Virus record (IMG/VR): IMGVR_UViG_3300021387_000661
Span: 224,001 to 288,000 of that record
Direction: 5' to 3' (one strand)
DNA: 64,000 nucleotides
DNA from: a virus
Taxonomy: Duplodnaviria > Caudoviricetes
A program made the position numbers and the translations under genes. Below, piece by piece: positions 51,343 to 63,559 of the stretch (position 1 is the stretch's first letter; every line of letters begins with the position of its first letter). The notes beneath the pieces are model-generated. The model searched no databases, had not been told where the DNA came from, and saw only the letters and a list, made by a program, of their open reading frames with translations.

Positions 51343-52107
51343 TCAGATATGCTCCCATCAAACATTGACCTGACAGAAAGAGCAGACTTTGGTTATCCTT
51401 CTTTAATAGCAATGGATATACCTGTTGACTTGGATGACCTTTATACTAGAAATAATTTGTCAATTGATGAATATGATTATCTTGTTTGGTGGGAAAGTAT
51501 CTTTGGAAAAAAACATCGTAATCAAAAATGGAAATTATTTCCAAAAATAGGTGTAGATGTATCTTATGATTCAGATAAACTAAATTATTCACATTGTGTA
51601 AGATGTGGTAAAGAAATAAGAATTCCCTGGAAAAATTATTATGGACTTTGTTTTGAATGTAACAATAAAATAGAAACAACAGTTGAGGGTAAAATACCTT
51701 GGAATCATACTATGAATTTTTCTTCCAGAAATGATGAAAGAGGTTATAACTTATTTAACAGGAGATAAATTTATGAGTGTTTGGAATGACATAAGAAAAA
51801 GATCTAATGGTTCTGAAATTAAAAAAGAAGATGAATATCAAAATATTCAGGAATTTTCAGATATAGTAAACCCATTAATATATGTAGGAATTATTAATCA
51901 ATCAGCCATACCTTCTCATCCAGAGACTGGACAAATATATTATGTACAAGACACTGTATCTATCAATGGTATTACATTTCCTTCTGGGGGTATGATTCTT
52001 TTTGATGGAAATAATTGGTATAATATTGGTATTTTTCAAGAAACAAAAATAGACAGTAACATTGGATATTATCAGCCTGTAGATGCCCAATAATCTTCAA
52101 TAATTTA

Positions 52108-53424
52108 ATGAATATGAAACTCACATTAGAAAATATTACAATCAAAAACCACAAAATTTATGACCAGGATGGAAAATTCCGGGGAGAAATCTTGTATGAG
52201 TACATCCGAGGTTCTCAACTCTACCATACCAATGTAGCAACCTCTGATGAAGACCATGGTGGTATCTACATTATGCCCAATGATGCTCTTCTTGGACTTG
52301 GCCTTGATTATCAAAATGAGATTAAGGATAAGACCAATGACAAGTGTATCTGGGAACTGGGAAGATTTCTGGAATTGGCGCTCTCTTCCAATCCCACTGT
52401 TCTGGAAGCACTCTTTGTTCCTGATGACAAGGTTATCTATGAACATCCTGTCATTAAAGAAATCCGTTCTCACAGGGAAGAGTTCATTTCCAAGAAATGT
52501 TTTGCACCCTTTGGTGGTTATGCAGTGAGTCAGATTAAGAAGGCCCAAGGCCAAAACAAAAAAATTCACTGGGACATCAAGCAGATGGTAAGGAAGACAC
52601 CTATGGATTTCTGTTATACTTTCAAGAACCAGGGGAGTAGACCTATGCAGGAGTGGCTTGATGCAAGAGGTCTTGACCAGAGGAACTGTGGATTGGTCAA
52701 TGTCCCTAATATGCCTGACATCTATGGTGTGTATTATGACTGGGGTCAGCACATCAGACTTGCCTTTATCACAAAGGAATACTTCACAGATGAATCCAAT
52801 TACTCAAAAGACAAGTTCATCAGGACTATGGTTGACTGGTTCAAAGATGAAATCTATTATGATGATGCCAATCTAAATGATGTACTGAATTTTATTTGGG
52901 ACAAGCATTCTACTCCTCTTGGAGGATACTGTGGAATCATCTCCCCAGATGGTGACTCTAACACCATCAGGTTCTCATCTGTTGCAAAAGAAGACAAACC
53001 TATCTGCTTTATGTCCTACAATGGTAATGCTTATGCAACACATTGTAGAGAATACAAAGAGTATGAAGAATGGAAAAACACCAGAAATCCTGCCAGGTAT
53101 GAGTCCAACCTGGAAGGTGAAAAATCCGGCAATCCAGATTTGAAATATGATTCAAAGAATATGATGCATTGTTTCAGACTGATGGCGATGGCGAAAGAAA
53201 TCGCAGAAGGAAAGGGTGTAATTCTTGACAGAACTGGTATTGACCGGGACTTCCTCCTGGATGTGAGAAACAGGAAGTATGGTTACTCTGAACTCCAGAA
53301 AAGGATGCTTACACTCAAAGATGAAATGGATAAAGCAATTGTGAACTCCACCATCAAGGAAGAAATCGATGCAAGATTTGTAAATGATATCCTCCTGAAA
53401 GCCAGAAAAGAGTTTAATAATTAA
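52108..53424 (+). CDS. Pol-beta superfamily nucleotidyltransferase (RlaP/YcgL-like)
   Basis: GSQLY.TN...SDED..GIY, NPTVLEALF, YDSKNMMHCFRL. Confidence 0.8.
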   Translation: MNMKLTLENITIKNHKIYDQDGKFRGEILYEYIRGSQLYHTNVATSDEDHGGIYIMPNDALLGLGLDYQNEIKDKTNDKCIWELGRFLELALSSNPTVLEALFVPDDKVIYEHPVIKEIRSHREEFISKKCFAPFGGYAVSQIKKAQGQNKKIHWDIKQMVRKTPMDFCYTFKNQGSRPMQEWLDARGLDQRNCGLVNVPNMPDIYGVYYDWGQHIRLAFITKEYFTDESNYSKDKFIRTMVDWFKDEIYYDDANLNDVLNFIWDKHSTPLGGYCGIISPDGDSNTIRFSSVAKEDKPICFMSYNGNAYATHCREYKEYEEWKNTRNPARYESNLEGEKSGNPDLKYDSKNMMHCFRLMAMAKEIAEGKGVILDRTGIDRDFLLDVRNRKYGYSELQKRMLTLKDEMDKAIVNSTIKEEIDARFVNDILLKARKEFNN

Positions 53425-53714
53425 ATTATAAAATATGACTATTGGAATTATTTTAGCAATAACTGCAATTGTTTGTTGCTTAATTGGTTTTATTATTGAT
53501 GTTATCCATTCTGATGGGGGAAGTGCAATATGTATGCTTTTACTTGTTTTTCTTAATGCATACATACTGAAGTATAATCTTGATAAGCTTAATGAATCAC
53601 AAGAAATTCATACAACCATTGTAAAAGATATACAAGGATTTTCTGTTGACAGCACTCTCACTATTTCTGGTGCAGATACAACTAAAACATATACACTAAC
53701 TTATTGGAAATAAA

Positions 53715-54173
53715 ATGAACAGTAAAAACAGAGTAAAATTAAATAAGGCCATTAAAATCCTGAATGGTCTTCACTTCAAGAATGAAAACATTATGGTCAC
53801 AGGTAGTATCGCTCTTGATGCACAGGGATTGTTGACTAGTAGAATCGCCCATGATATTGATCTCATTATCAAGATGGATGAACAGGCCTGGAGATGTCTC
53901 AAACTTATTGAAGCCATTAACCTTATTGATGATAAAAATGAAAAGTTCAAAGATTATGATTCTCCAGCAAGAAAGAACACCATCTTTCTAAAAGTTGATG
54001 GTTTAGTACTGAACATCTGGAGATATGATGAGGGTTCTGACTGGTCTTGTATCAAAGATTCTGAAACAGGTGTGTATGTTGCCACTGTGAATCACATCAT
54101 TGAAGCAAAAAAGAAATATGCCCGTGATAAAGACTTCAAGGACATATATGAAATTATAAAGGGATTATTATGA
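53715..54173 (+). CDS. Minimal nucleotidyltransferase-like protein
   Basis: VTGS.AL...HDIDL; R.KD..DI. Confidence 0.6.
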   Translation: MNSKNRVKLNKAIKILNGLHFKNENIMVTGSIALDAQGLLTSRIAHDIDLIIKMDEQAWRCLKLIEAINLIDDKNEKFKDYDSPARKNTIFLKVDGLVLNIWRYDEGSDWSCIKDSETGVYVATVNHIIEAKKKYARDKDFKDIYEIIKGLL

Positions 54174-54397
54174 CATTCAAGTTCAATGGAGGTAGAGGTG
54201 CCATACTCTGTGAAAAGTGTGGAGTAATCCTAAAAGAAGGAAACCAGATTCCGGAATATGTCTGGGAAGCAGTAAGGAATGGCACGGTGAAAGACCTCCC
54301 TGGTATGTACTGTGAAGATAACTGTGAAAGGAGCAAGAGAATTCTTGGAGACCTCTACACAGGTGACGCCAAAGATGTTGAACAATAAATTAAGATT

Positions 54398-55234
54398 ATG
54401 CATTTCAAAACATTGAAAGATAAGTGCGAATTTTATCGTTCACTCACTGATTATAAACTGATGCCGAACTCTTATGTCTTGGCAATGGTAGATGGTCACT
54501 GTTTCAGCAAGCTCATCAAGAACAAGTTTGACAAGCCATTTGATGATTTGTTCATAAAGATGATGAATGAGACTGCCAAGTATCTGTGTGAGAACATCCA
54601 GGGTGCCAAGTTTGCTTACACACAATCTGATGAGATTAGTATCCTCATCACAGACTTTGACACACCAATGACTGATTCTTACTTCAGTTTCAGACTCTGT
54701 AAGATGCAGTCTCTCATTGCTGCAATGGCAACTGCAAAATTCAATCAGATGTATGCAAAACTGGCAAATGACTACAAGGGGTTTGGTCTCAAGAAGTTTG
54801 ATATGAAGGAATATCCTACCTGTACATTTGACTGTAAGGTCTGGACTGTTCCAAATGCCAATGATGCTTATGCCTGGTTCCTTTACAGACAAACAGACTG
54901 CATCAAGAACTCAAAGGCACAGACTGCACAGGCATATCTTTCCCACAAAGAACTGGTAGGTCTAACATCAGATGAGATGATTGCCAAACTTAAGAATGAG
55001 AAGAATATTGACTGGTATGACTTTGAGAGTGGTAAGAAATATGGCAGGGTCATCAAGAAGGTGGAGACTCCTATGGAGAAAGACCTCCCTGATGGAAAAC
55101 ACATCAAGTTCACCAGGAATGTATGGACACCTGTGGAGATAGATGACCTGAAAGAAGATGCTTCATCTGTCAGGGACTTGATACCTGTACTCCAGAGTCC
55201 AGGTTTGACACTTAATGATATTTTAGGTGAATAA
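54398..55234 (+). CDS. Thg1-like tRNA-His guanylyltransferase / 3'-5' polymerase
   Basis: VDGHCFS, KPFD, YTQSDEIS, TFDCK, WFLYRQ.D..KNS. Confidence 0.9.
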   Translation: MHFKTLKDKCEFYRSLTDYKLMPNSYVLAMVDGHCFSKLIKNKFDKPFDDLFIKMMNETAKYLCENIQGAKFAYTQSDEISILITDFDTPMTDSYFSFRLCKMQSLIAAMATAKFNQMYAKLANDYKGFGLKKFDMKEYPTCTFDCKVWTVPNANDAYAWFLYRQTDCIKNSKAQTAQAYLSHKELVGLTSDEMIAKLKNEKNIDWYDFESGKKYGRVIKKVETPMEKDLPDGKHIKFTRNVWTPVEIDDLKEDASSVRDLIPVLQSPGLTLNDILGE

Positions 55235-55398
55235 TGAATAAAACTGAATTATATAAATTACTAAAAGAGAACTTGTCAATCAAAACAAATGTTGGTTGGC
55301 AAGGTTATCAAAAAATATTGAGTGTAAAATTACTTTTTGACAATAAAGAAATATGTAAAAGTGAAGTTACACTTGAATTGGATGATGATTTTTAACAT

Positions 55399-55803
55399 AT
55401 GATTATAGCAATTGATTTTGATGGGACTTGTGTGAAGCATGCATATCCCAAGATTGGAGAGGACATAGGTGCAGTCCCTGTATTGAAAGAGATGGTCAAG
55501 AATGGTCATCAGCTTGTACTTAACACTATGAGATCTGGTAAACTTCTTGATGAGGCAGTAAACTGGTTTGAAAATAATGGTATCAAACTCTCTGGCGCAA
55601 ACCACACCCCCGGACAGGCAACCTGGACTTCATCTCCAAAAGTGTATGCCGATGTCTATATAGATGATGTCGCACTTGGCTGTCCAACAACAATGGATAA
55701 TAATGGAAACATTTATGTTGACTGGAAAATTGTTGCCAGGGCATTTGGTTATGATTATAATAAACTGATTGATAATGGAACAGAATCTATTGAAAACCGC
55801 TAA
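55399..55803 (+). CDS. HAD-like hydrolase
   Basis: IAIDFDGT, LNTMR, KVYADVYIDD. Confidence 0.85.
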   Translation: MIIAIDFDGTCVKHAYPKIGEDIGAVPVLKEMVKNGHQLVLNTMRSGKLLDEAVNWFENNGIKLSGANHTPGQATWTSSPKVYADVYIDDVALGCPTTMDNNGNIYVDWKIVARAFGYDYNKLIDNGTESIENR

Positions 55804-55925
55804 TAAACGGAATGCACAAATTCTCATTACTCAAATTAATGATGAGATTGAATATGTTGAAAGGTATCTTTCAAAACTGAAAGTTGAAATCAATGAATTG
55901 GAATCAATTATAAAAGATATTTAAT

Positions 55926-56558
55926 ATGACATTAGATAACAAATATTATAGATTGATGGTTGATGAAATTGATACCATCAAAGACATTGACAACAGGAAA
56001 TTTGCATTAATTCTATTAAGTAATGTACCTGATTATTTCTTCAGTGCACCTGCCAGTTCATCTGGAAAATATCACCCAAAGAATGATCTTGGTGAAGGTG
56101 GATTGGTTAGACACTCCATCAGTGTTGCAAGAATGTTAGACCATCTTCTTGAACCTTATGGATATTTTGATTTTAATGAAGAGCAGAAAGACCTTCTCAA
56201 AATTGCTGCACTATTCCATGACTGTATGAAGTCCGGGACACAGGAAGAATATGAAAAGGGTAAGCACACAAAGTTTCTTCATCCACTCTATGCTGCAAAC
56301 TTCATTATGACTGTGGCAATTACCAATTCATATTCTTATGAAAAGGCACTCTTCATCTATAATGCAGTAATTGCACATATGGGTCAGTGGAACACCAATG
56401 TAACTGGAAATCTTCCAACACCAAAGACACCAGACCAGAAAGTCTTACACCTGGCAGATTATCTTGCATCAAGGAAAGACATCAATATGGAACTTGATGA
56501 AGTGTACTTTGATAAAGAAAATAATGATGAAACACCAGCAAAGGAGGTAAAAGAATGA
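55926..56558 (+). CDS. HD-domain phosphohydrolase
   Basis: PASSSGKYH, GGLVRHS, LFHD, HP, AHMG, LHLADY. Confidence 0.85.
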   Translation: MTLDNKYYRLMVDEIDTIKDIDNRKFALILLSNVPDYFFSAPASSSGKYHPKNDLGEGGLVRHSISVARMLDHLLEPYGYFDFNEEQKDLLKIAALFHDCMKSGTQEEYEKGKHTKFLHPLYAANFIMTVAITNSYSYEKALFIYNAVIAHMGQWNTNVTGNLPTPKTPDQKVLHLADYLASRKDINMELDEVYFDKENNDETPAKEVKE

Positions 56559-56844
56559 AACCCAAATACTACCTTGCAAGAATCCTTGCTGGTTCAATGC
56601 AGTATTCATCAGATTATTACACATCATATGCCAAAGCAGATCAAGTAAGAAGGAGACAAGTCAACCCACAGCAGTGGATGATTATAGTCAATCCCATTTT
56701 CAATAAATCTCCATATAACATCAATATGGATGATGTTGAAAAGAACCAGTGGGGTAAATTGAAAGAGGCATATAAGATTCTCCAAGAATTTGTCCATTGA
56801 CGATTGCGACTTACGAAAAATGAGGATGAATTAACATCCTCATT

Positions 56845-57147
56845 TTAAGTTGATTGTTGAGACTCATCAATGATTCCGGAATCACCATTGTCTTCTTGAA
56901 CAGTGTTATCATCACCAGGTAATGGTGTCTTGAATCTTTTTTCAAACACACCAATACCTAAAAGTGCAAATGCTCCAATCATCAATGTGAGTACAGCTTC
57001 ACCAAGCCAGGTGCCTTCATACCCTGTAAATATGCATATGACTACGACTGTGAGTAATACAAGAAGAATGAACACACCAAGAACCCTTTTAGATGAAATC
57101 CTACCATTGGCACCAGTAAGCATTGTATCCCATTTATTCTTTTTCAT
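56845..57147 (-). CDS. Holin-like two-TM protein
   Basis: G..SSKR followed by two TM helices; CATAAATA box upstream on the minus strand (57168-57175). Confidence 0.5.
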   Translation of the reverse strand: MKKNKWDTMLTGANGRISSKRVLGVFILLVLLTVVVICIFTGYEGTWLGEAVLTLMIGAFALLGIGVFEKRFKTPLPGDDNTVQEDNGDSGIIDESQQST

Positions 57148-60100
57148 ATTGTTATTGTTGTTTTAAGTATTTATGATATGATTTGGATTTATCAAATTTT
57201 TCTTTTATATTTGTAATAGAAATCAAACACTAACATTATGAATCTAAAATTTAAGATTGGACAGTTTATTGTCATTAAGTGGAGACCTGTTGAGAGTATG
57301 ATGCCCACACCACTTGGGATTATATATTCATCCAAAAATGAACCCACATATGGTGTCTGGAAAATTGAACCATATAAGTTCGGGGGTATTGATTACAAGA
57401 TGCACCTGGTACCTGTTGGAGAGTCAGCAAAGATGTTCCTCCCTATGGACAGATACACTATGGACTATAATGACTTGAAGGATGAATTCATCTTTGAGAG
57501 TCAGTCTCTTGCTGAAAAGTTTGTAAAAGAATTTTTAATTGATTAAAAATATGAAAGTAGTAAATGCACATCTGAATCCTACACAGGAGATTAAAGAAGG
57601 TGTAATGGTAAGATGGTCAGAGTACCCTGATAGACTTTATTATGTGACCAAGACTGGTATCAACCACTGTGGTAGGAATGACTATTGTAGGATTGAAACC
57701 ATTGACCACAAAAGGATTGGTATTGTTCCTATCACAGATCTTGTCTGGGATGATGTTGATTATATTGAAATAGAATCTTAAAATTATGATAGCAACCATT
57801 TTTCTACTCATTTTATTATATTTTGCAATTGGATTATTTGCTACTGCGCCTTATGCAATAATTCATAATTGTGATTTTATATTTTCTCCCAGCAACACAG
57901 AAGATGAAAATAATATACTTCTTCTCATCTGGACATTCTGGCCATTTTATGCAATATACATAATCATCAAAGTAATTGTGTATTATTTCAAACATCTATA
58001 CATTGCCATAAAGGATATATCAAAAAAGTATATTAAATTCAACTAATATGAAGAAACTACTTATTTTACTTGTGTCTTTTTTGTGTATATATTCATGTGT
58101 ACCAACTAATAAAACTGTTTATGAATATACCATAACATATACAATTGCTGGTGCACAAATCACAGAGGTACACAGTATTGATATGCCCTCACAATATGTA
58201 CCTTCATATAGACTTGACCAAAATTCTCTCAAAATTATTGGATCATATGGAACATCATCTATGTCTTATACAACCATCTATAAAGGTTCATTGGATGTTA
58301 AGGTGATAGATTTTGACTACAAAACCATAAGGTATTACAAAGCATCCTCTTGGGATGGGCATGAAATTAAAAAAACACCTATTTGTTATTTTTAGATTAT
58401 GAAAGTATTTGTAGAATTTGACCTTGATTGACCTAATTATGAAAATGTAAGTGATGAACTCATATGGAATGGACAAACTATGACATTGAAATGCTCGAAG
58501 ACATCCTAAATGATATAAAACAAGATGTACATTATCCTGATCAGATAAAATATCTTGAAGGTCTTCTTGAAAAAGCAAAACAAAATGTAACTACTGATAA
58601 AAATTAAAAACTACATACAAGACAAGTTTGAAGACTTGATTATGTGTTATGTAAAATTCTCCAGGTAGGTATCTGCAAGGCAATAAAGAGAATGTAATTT
58701 TTGATAAACAATTATAAATTAAACTATTATGATTTTTGAATATGGCGCAATGAGTTCCAAATACTCAATTGAGGCAGAAAACAAACTGACTGCATATGCA
58801 GCGATGATTATTCATTTTGGTCCTAACTCGGCAAACCTTATTGCCATCTACTCACCAGAGGAATTGAGAAAGACTGATTCCTGGTTACTTGCATCTCCAC
58901 TTGAGAAAAGACTGGATGAGATTTTTGGTGGAGATGGTTCATTCTTCAAATATCTTGATAAACACCAGGATGAAATCAAGAAAGCATTGGATACCATCAA
59001 GCAACTTGTATAATGAAATATGTAATTTTTGAAGGTAATGGGTTGGTGCATCCTGTTGTCTTTGGTGAACACACAACCCATTCACAAATAACTGTTGCCG
59101 GGGCAAAACCAATTGCGGCAGGATTTGTAACCTTTGACAAATTTAGTTGTCCTCACTGTAATGGTGAATCTGATTCTCTGAAACTCAAATGTAGAGGAGA
59201 AATAGATGAGGACATCATCAGGAGAGCATACAATGACTGTGGAACTTATATGTTCATTGCTGATTTTTATACAGAAGAAAAATACAATCCAAAAGATAAA
59301 TGATATAAGACACAGAACTGACTACACCACCAGATTCAAATGTCCACATGAATGTTGTTGTCTGGAAATGGAACACTACATAGAAAATCTAATACTATAA
59401 CAACGATTACGAACTACGAAACTGTGAATCACTGATAACTCCAGACCAGATCATCAGTGGTAAAAAAATTAAAGAAATATTTGGAATTGTCATTTTTTTG
59501 TTGTATCTTTGTATCAAGAAACAAAAAACACAGGAATTATGACAGACAAAGAACTTTTTAATGAGGTGTTTAAAAACCTCTCTGCAAAAAACAGTAGGAT
59601 TTATATGTCTGGTACCATTGTGTGTTATAATGGTCGCCTGATGTTCAACACAGATGGTTACAATCTGGGATATAATCTCTTCAGGCTCACCAAACTCCTG
59701 AATGAAATTGGTGAATTTGATTAAACAACAACAATATGAAACTGATTTGTAAGAAAACTGATGGGGAAGTGAAATTCATCAACCCCAATTTTGTCAGAAG
59801 TGTAAAACAAACACATTCAGACATCAATGATGATTGGTGTATTGTCATTGAGATGGATGACCACAATGTAGAAACATTTCTATCCAAGACTGAAGAAGAA
59901 TCCAATTGTAAATTAATTGAGATCACAGAGGCAATGGAATATGATTCTAATAATTAGAGATATGAAAAAGATTATATAAATTATGAGAATAGAAACTATC
60001 AAAGAAAAAGTCAAGTTCCTTAAGATACATAGTGATGCATACATCAAAGATGTGCATGAGTATATGGTCAAGACCAACTGGGTTTGGTACAAAAGTGATC

Positions 60101-60470
60101 TTCCTCCAACAGAAGAAGAAATCAAGAAGACTTTCTTCTCAATACTTGATGAACTCAATTCAGTCACATCTTCACTCTCCACTGGTGGATTCTATGTCTG
60201 CATCAATGATGACCTTCACAGGATTGAGTGTTACTTTGGTGGAGATTCTATGAAGAAGGCGGGTATCAAACTTGTCTCTGATGAAAAGGGAAGTACCATC
60301 TATGACTTCATCAATGTTCTTTGTGCAGACTTCCCTATATTGAACAGGGATTATCTTCTTCAGAGATATAATCATTTGATATAATTTAATCTTTTCCATT
60401 TTTTTGATTTATTATGTATAATTTAAAAAGGTCTCGCTGTGAAGTGTGACCTTTTTGTTATTTTTATAGT

Positions 60471-61328
60471 ATGATAATACCTCCAATTAAAATACAGGGA
60501 AAGAAAACAAAGATTGTCTCAAAGATAATGGAAATTGCTGATGAACTCTTGAGTGAACATCCGGAGATTGATACCTGGGTGGAACCATTCCTGGGTTCTG
60601 GTGTTGTTGCATTCAACTGTCCAAGCAGAATCAAGAAGGTGATTGTAAATGACATCAATCCTCATATCATCAAGTTCTATCAAGGTATTGCAAATGATAT
60701 CGTCACAGCAGACTCAATAAGAGAAGTGTTTGATATTCATAATCAGAATCTTATCAAAGATGGATATGATTATTATAACCAAATCAAGGATAGGTTCAAC
60801 CAGTCATTTGACACAATGGACTTCCTCTTCCTCACCAGGACCGGTTTCAATGGTGTAATGAGGTTCAATAGTTCAGGGAAATGGAATGTCCCCTTCTGCA
60901 AACTCAACAACAGACTGTCAAAGAATGTGATTGATGACTTGGCACATTCTGTTGATGAATTATCCAGACTATTCAAGTCAAAGGACTTCACCTTCTATAA
61001 CAAATCCTTCGAATCTGTCATTGAATCAGCGCCAGACAACTCCATCTTCTATTGTGATCCTCCTTACTATGGTCTCCAGGTCCAGTACTTCAAGGGATGG
61101 GGTAAGGAAGATGAGGTGAGACTCAATGGGATGCTGAAAGACAAGGTGTTCATCTACTCCACTTGGTTGGAAGATGGAATCAGGGAGAATCCAATGATTG
61201 ATGAGTACTGGGGAGAGTATGAGATTGAAGGAAAGAGACACAAGTATAATGTAGCAGAGAAAGCAGAAAAAAGAAATCAGGTCACTGAAGGTCTCATCTA
61301 TCCAAAGACAAAAGGAATTTTATTTTAA
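60471..61328 (+). CDS. dam: Dam-family DNA adenine methyltransferase
   Basis: GKK, EPFLGSG, NDIN, GFNG.MR.N..G..NVPF, YCDPPY. Confidence 0.88.
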   Translation: MIIPPIKIQGKKTKIVSKIMEIADELLSEHPEIDTWVEPFLGSGVVAFNCPSRIKKVIVNDINPHIIKFYQGIANDIVTADSIREVFDIHNQNLIKDGYDYYNQIKDRFNQSFDTMDFLFLTRTGFNGVMRFNSSGKWNVPFCKLNNRLSKNVIDDLAHSVDELSRLFKSKDFTFYNKSFESVIESAPDNSIFYCDPPYYGLQVQYFKGWGKEDEVRLNGMLKDKVFIYSTWLEDGIRENPMIDEYWGEYEIEGKRHKYNVAEKAEKRNQVTEGLIYPKTKGILF

Positions 61329-61335
61329 TTGAGTT

Positions 61336-61962
61336 ATGAGTAGTCAGGGAAGTAATGCTGCCAAAAATGGGGCAGACTTTGAAAATTTAGTATATGCAGT
61401 TATGCATTATAAAATAAAAAAGAACTATCAAGTAAAATCAGAAATAAAAGATAATAAAGGTAAAACACCCATTTATTATGAATTATGGAAAGATGGTAAA
61501 TTATATTGCATCTATTCTGCACAGACTAGTTTCAAAAATACATTTCTTAAAAATTTTGACATCATTCCCAAAAAAGATAAAAGACCTGATGGTTTCTTCT
61601 ATTTTCCTGACACAAATAAATCAAATATACTTGAAATCAAAAATCAAAAATCACCTGGAAGTGTTGCTGAAAAACTTGGGTTTTGTGTATTCTTAAGAGA
61701 TCAAACATATGAAAAAATCCTCCGACCATTAAATTGTACAAGAGATATTTCATATGTATTATCAGACTATTTTGATGATGAAAGCAATGAGGATTACTTT
61801 GAATATATGGATAAAAATAATGTCAGATATAATTTTGGTATCAATTTTCCTTTGACAATGGTTGGTCTTGATGAAGAAATCCCAACATCAGAAGAAGAAA
61901 TAAACAAAATCATTGATGACCTCAACAAAAATTATGATGACCCATTATTTGATTTATTCTGA
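61336..61962 (+). CDS. Putative restriction-endonuclease-like PD-(D/E)XK protein
   Basis: G..FE, RPDG....ILEIKNQ..PGSV.EKL; adjacent to the methyltransferase. Confidence 0.65.
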   Translation: MSSQGSNAAKNGADFENLVYAVMHYKIKKNYQVKSEIKDNKGKTPIYYELWKDGKLYCIYSAQTSFKNTFLKNFDIIPKKDKRPDGFFYFPDTNKSNILEIKNQKSPGSVAEKLGFCVFLRDQTYEKILRPLNCTRDISYVLSDYFDDESNEDYFEYMDKNNVRYNFGINFPLTMVGLDEEIPTSEEEINKIIDDLNKNYDDPLFDLF

Positions 61963-62073
61963 CGACTGCGGTCTGCGAAAAGATGAATGATTGAAAAATC
62001 TTCATCTTTTTTCAATTTTATTTGGATAATTCAAAAAAAGATATTATCTTTGTAGTGAAATCAAGATAGATAT

Positions 62074-62394
62074 ATGAAATACACAATCTTACAACTTGAC
62101 ACAAACAACCTGAATGTACTAAGAGACCACAAGCTCTTTGAGTCTTGGGATATACTCAACAAGACTGCCGGATTCAATATCCATCAGTACAAGAAGGTTT
62201 ATGAAGGTGAGGTGGAAGACCAGGGAAGCATCCTGAAAACTCTTGACCATCTCTTTGAGAAGTTCAACCTCTATCACCCAGAAGACTTCAGGGGTCATTC
62301 CCTCTCTGTCTCTGATGTAATCAACCTGGATGGGGTAGATTACTACTGTGACTCCTACACCTGGGTGAACATTAAAGAAGACAAATCAATTTAA
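62074..62394 (+). CDS. YodL-like protein
   Basis: Y.KVYEG, LDHLFEKFN..HPEDFRGHSLSVSDV, YYCDS. Confidence 0.8.
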   Translation: MKYTILQLDTNNLNVLRDHKLFESWDILNKTAGFNIHQYKKVYEGEVEDQGSILKTLDHLFEKFNLYHPEDFRGHSLSVSDVINLDGVDYYCDSYTWVNIKEDKSI

Positions 62395-63070
62395 CAAAAA
62401 ATCAACAAATGAAATCAAACGAAGAATTGCTTGATGCAATCTATGCTCACTTTCCTGATTCCGAGGACAAGGATGAAACTATGTGTAACCTCATCACCGA
62501 CTGTATTGAAACTGGTATCACTTACTGGAACACCAAGTGGCCAAAGGTGTCCAATCCTGATGATGAGGAACACTTCTACAGTGAGAAGGTGTGGGAGGAT
62601 GTGAAGGCAGGAAAGACCCTCATCTTTGGTGATGAGGATGAAACAGGTGATCTCAACCTGGAAACCATTCTCAAGTCACTTGACACTCTGAAGAAAAATT
62701 CACCTGACACATATGCAAACATTCAGGAAGAGAACTGGGATGCCTACTCCTGTGATGAGTTCTTCCAGACTGCTGTCTTTGGTGAAATGGTGTTCAGTTA
62801 AACAATCAAGAATCATGGATAAAAATATTGAAATCATTGGTAAAATCGCCAACCGTGCTGTCGCCATCAATCCTGCTTATGACAAGACTACTGTGACAAT
62901 GGATCTCCTGGTCCTCTATGAGACTGGAGTGGAGATGAGATGGGAAGAGTTCCTCAATGCCCCTGTCTTTGACTTTATGCATGACATCAATGGTATCAAC
63001 CAGCACCTCAACAGGAACACCTACAAGCTTGAAGACTGTTTCTGGCCAAGGTATGCAAAATAAACACAAT

Positions 63071-63559
63071 ATGAAACACATAAAAACCTATCTGCTCTAT
63101 GCAGTTTTCTTCATCTCAATGATGACAAACTTTATCCTGGCAATCAAGGTCAACCATCCAAAGGGTAATACTTTCCTTACGGAAGAAACCGCAATCGCAC
63201 AGGACACTCTTTCTGACTGGGATGTATTCACCCTTGCACTGATGAAGGTTGAGTCAGAGTACAACAACAATGCAGTTTCTTCTGTCGGTGCAAAAGGATA
63301 TTTCCAGATGACTCCTATCTATGTAAAGGAAGTGAACAGAATTCACAAGACCAACTTCACATTTGACCAGGTAACTGACTTTGACAAGGCATATGAAATC
63401 TTTGACCTGATGCAGAAAGCTCACAATCCTGATTATAATATGGATAAGGCTCTTGAACTCCATAATGGTAAGCATGCTTGGTATAACAAAAGAGTATACC
63501 GGGAAATGAGAAACATCAGGATGTATGAAGATATGAGAAACAAAATTAAAAATATTTAA
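63071..63559 (+). CDS. Lytic transglycosylase (SLT-like) with N-terminal TM anchor
   Basis: VES.YN..AVS.VGAKGYFQMTP; HNG. Confidence 0.8.
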   Translation: MKHIKTYLLYAVFFISMMTNFILAIKVNHPKGNTFLTEETAIAQDTLSDWDVFTLALMKVESEYNNNAVSSVGAKGYFQMTPIYVKEVNRIHKTNFTFDQVTDFDKAYEIFDLMQKAHNPDYNMDKALELHNGKHAWYNKRVYREMRNIRMYEDMRNKIKNI

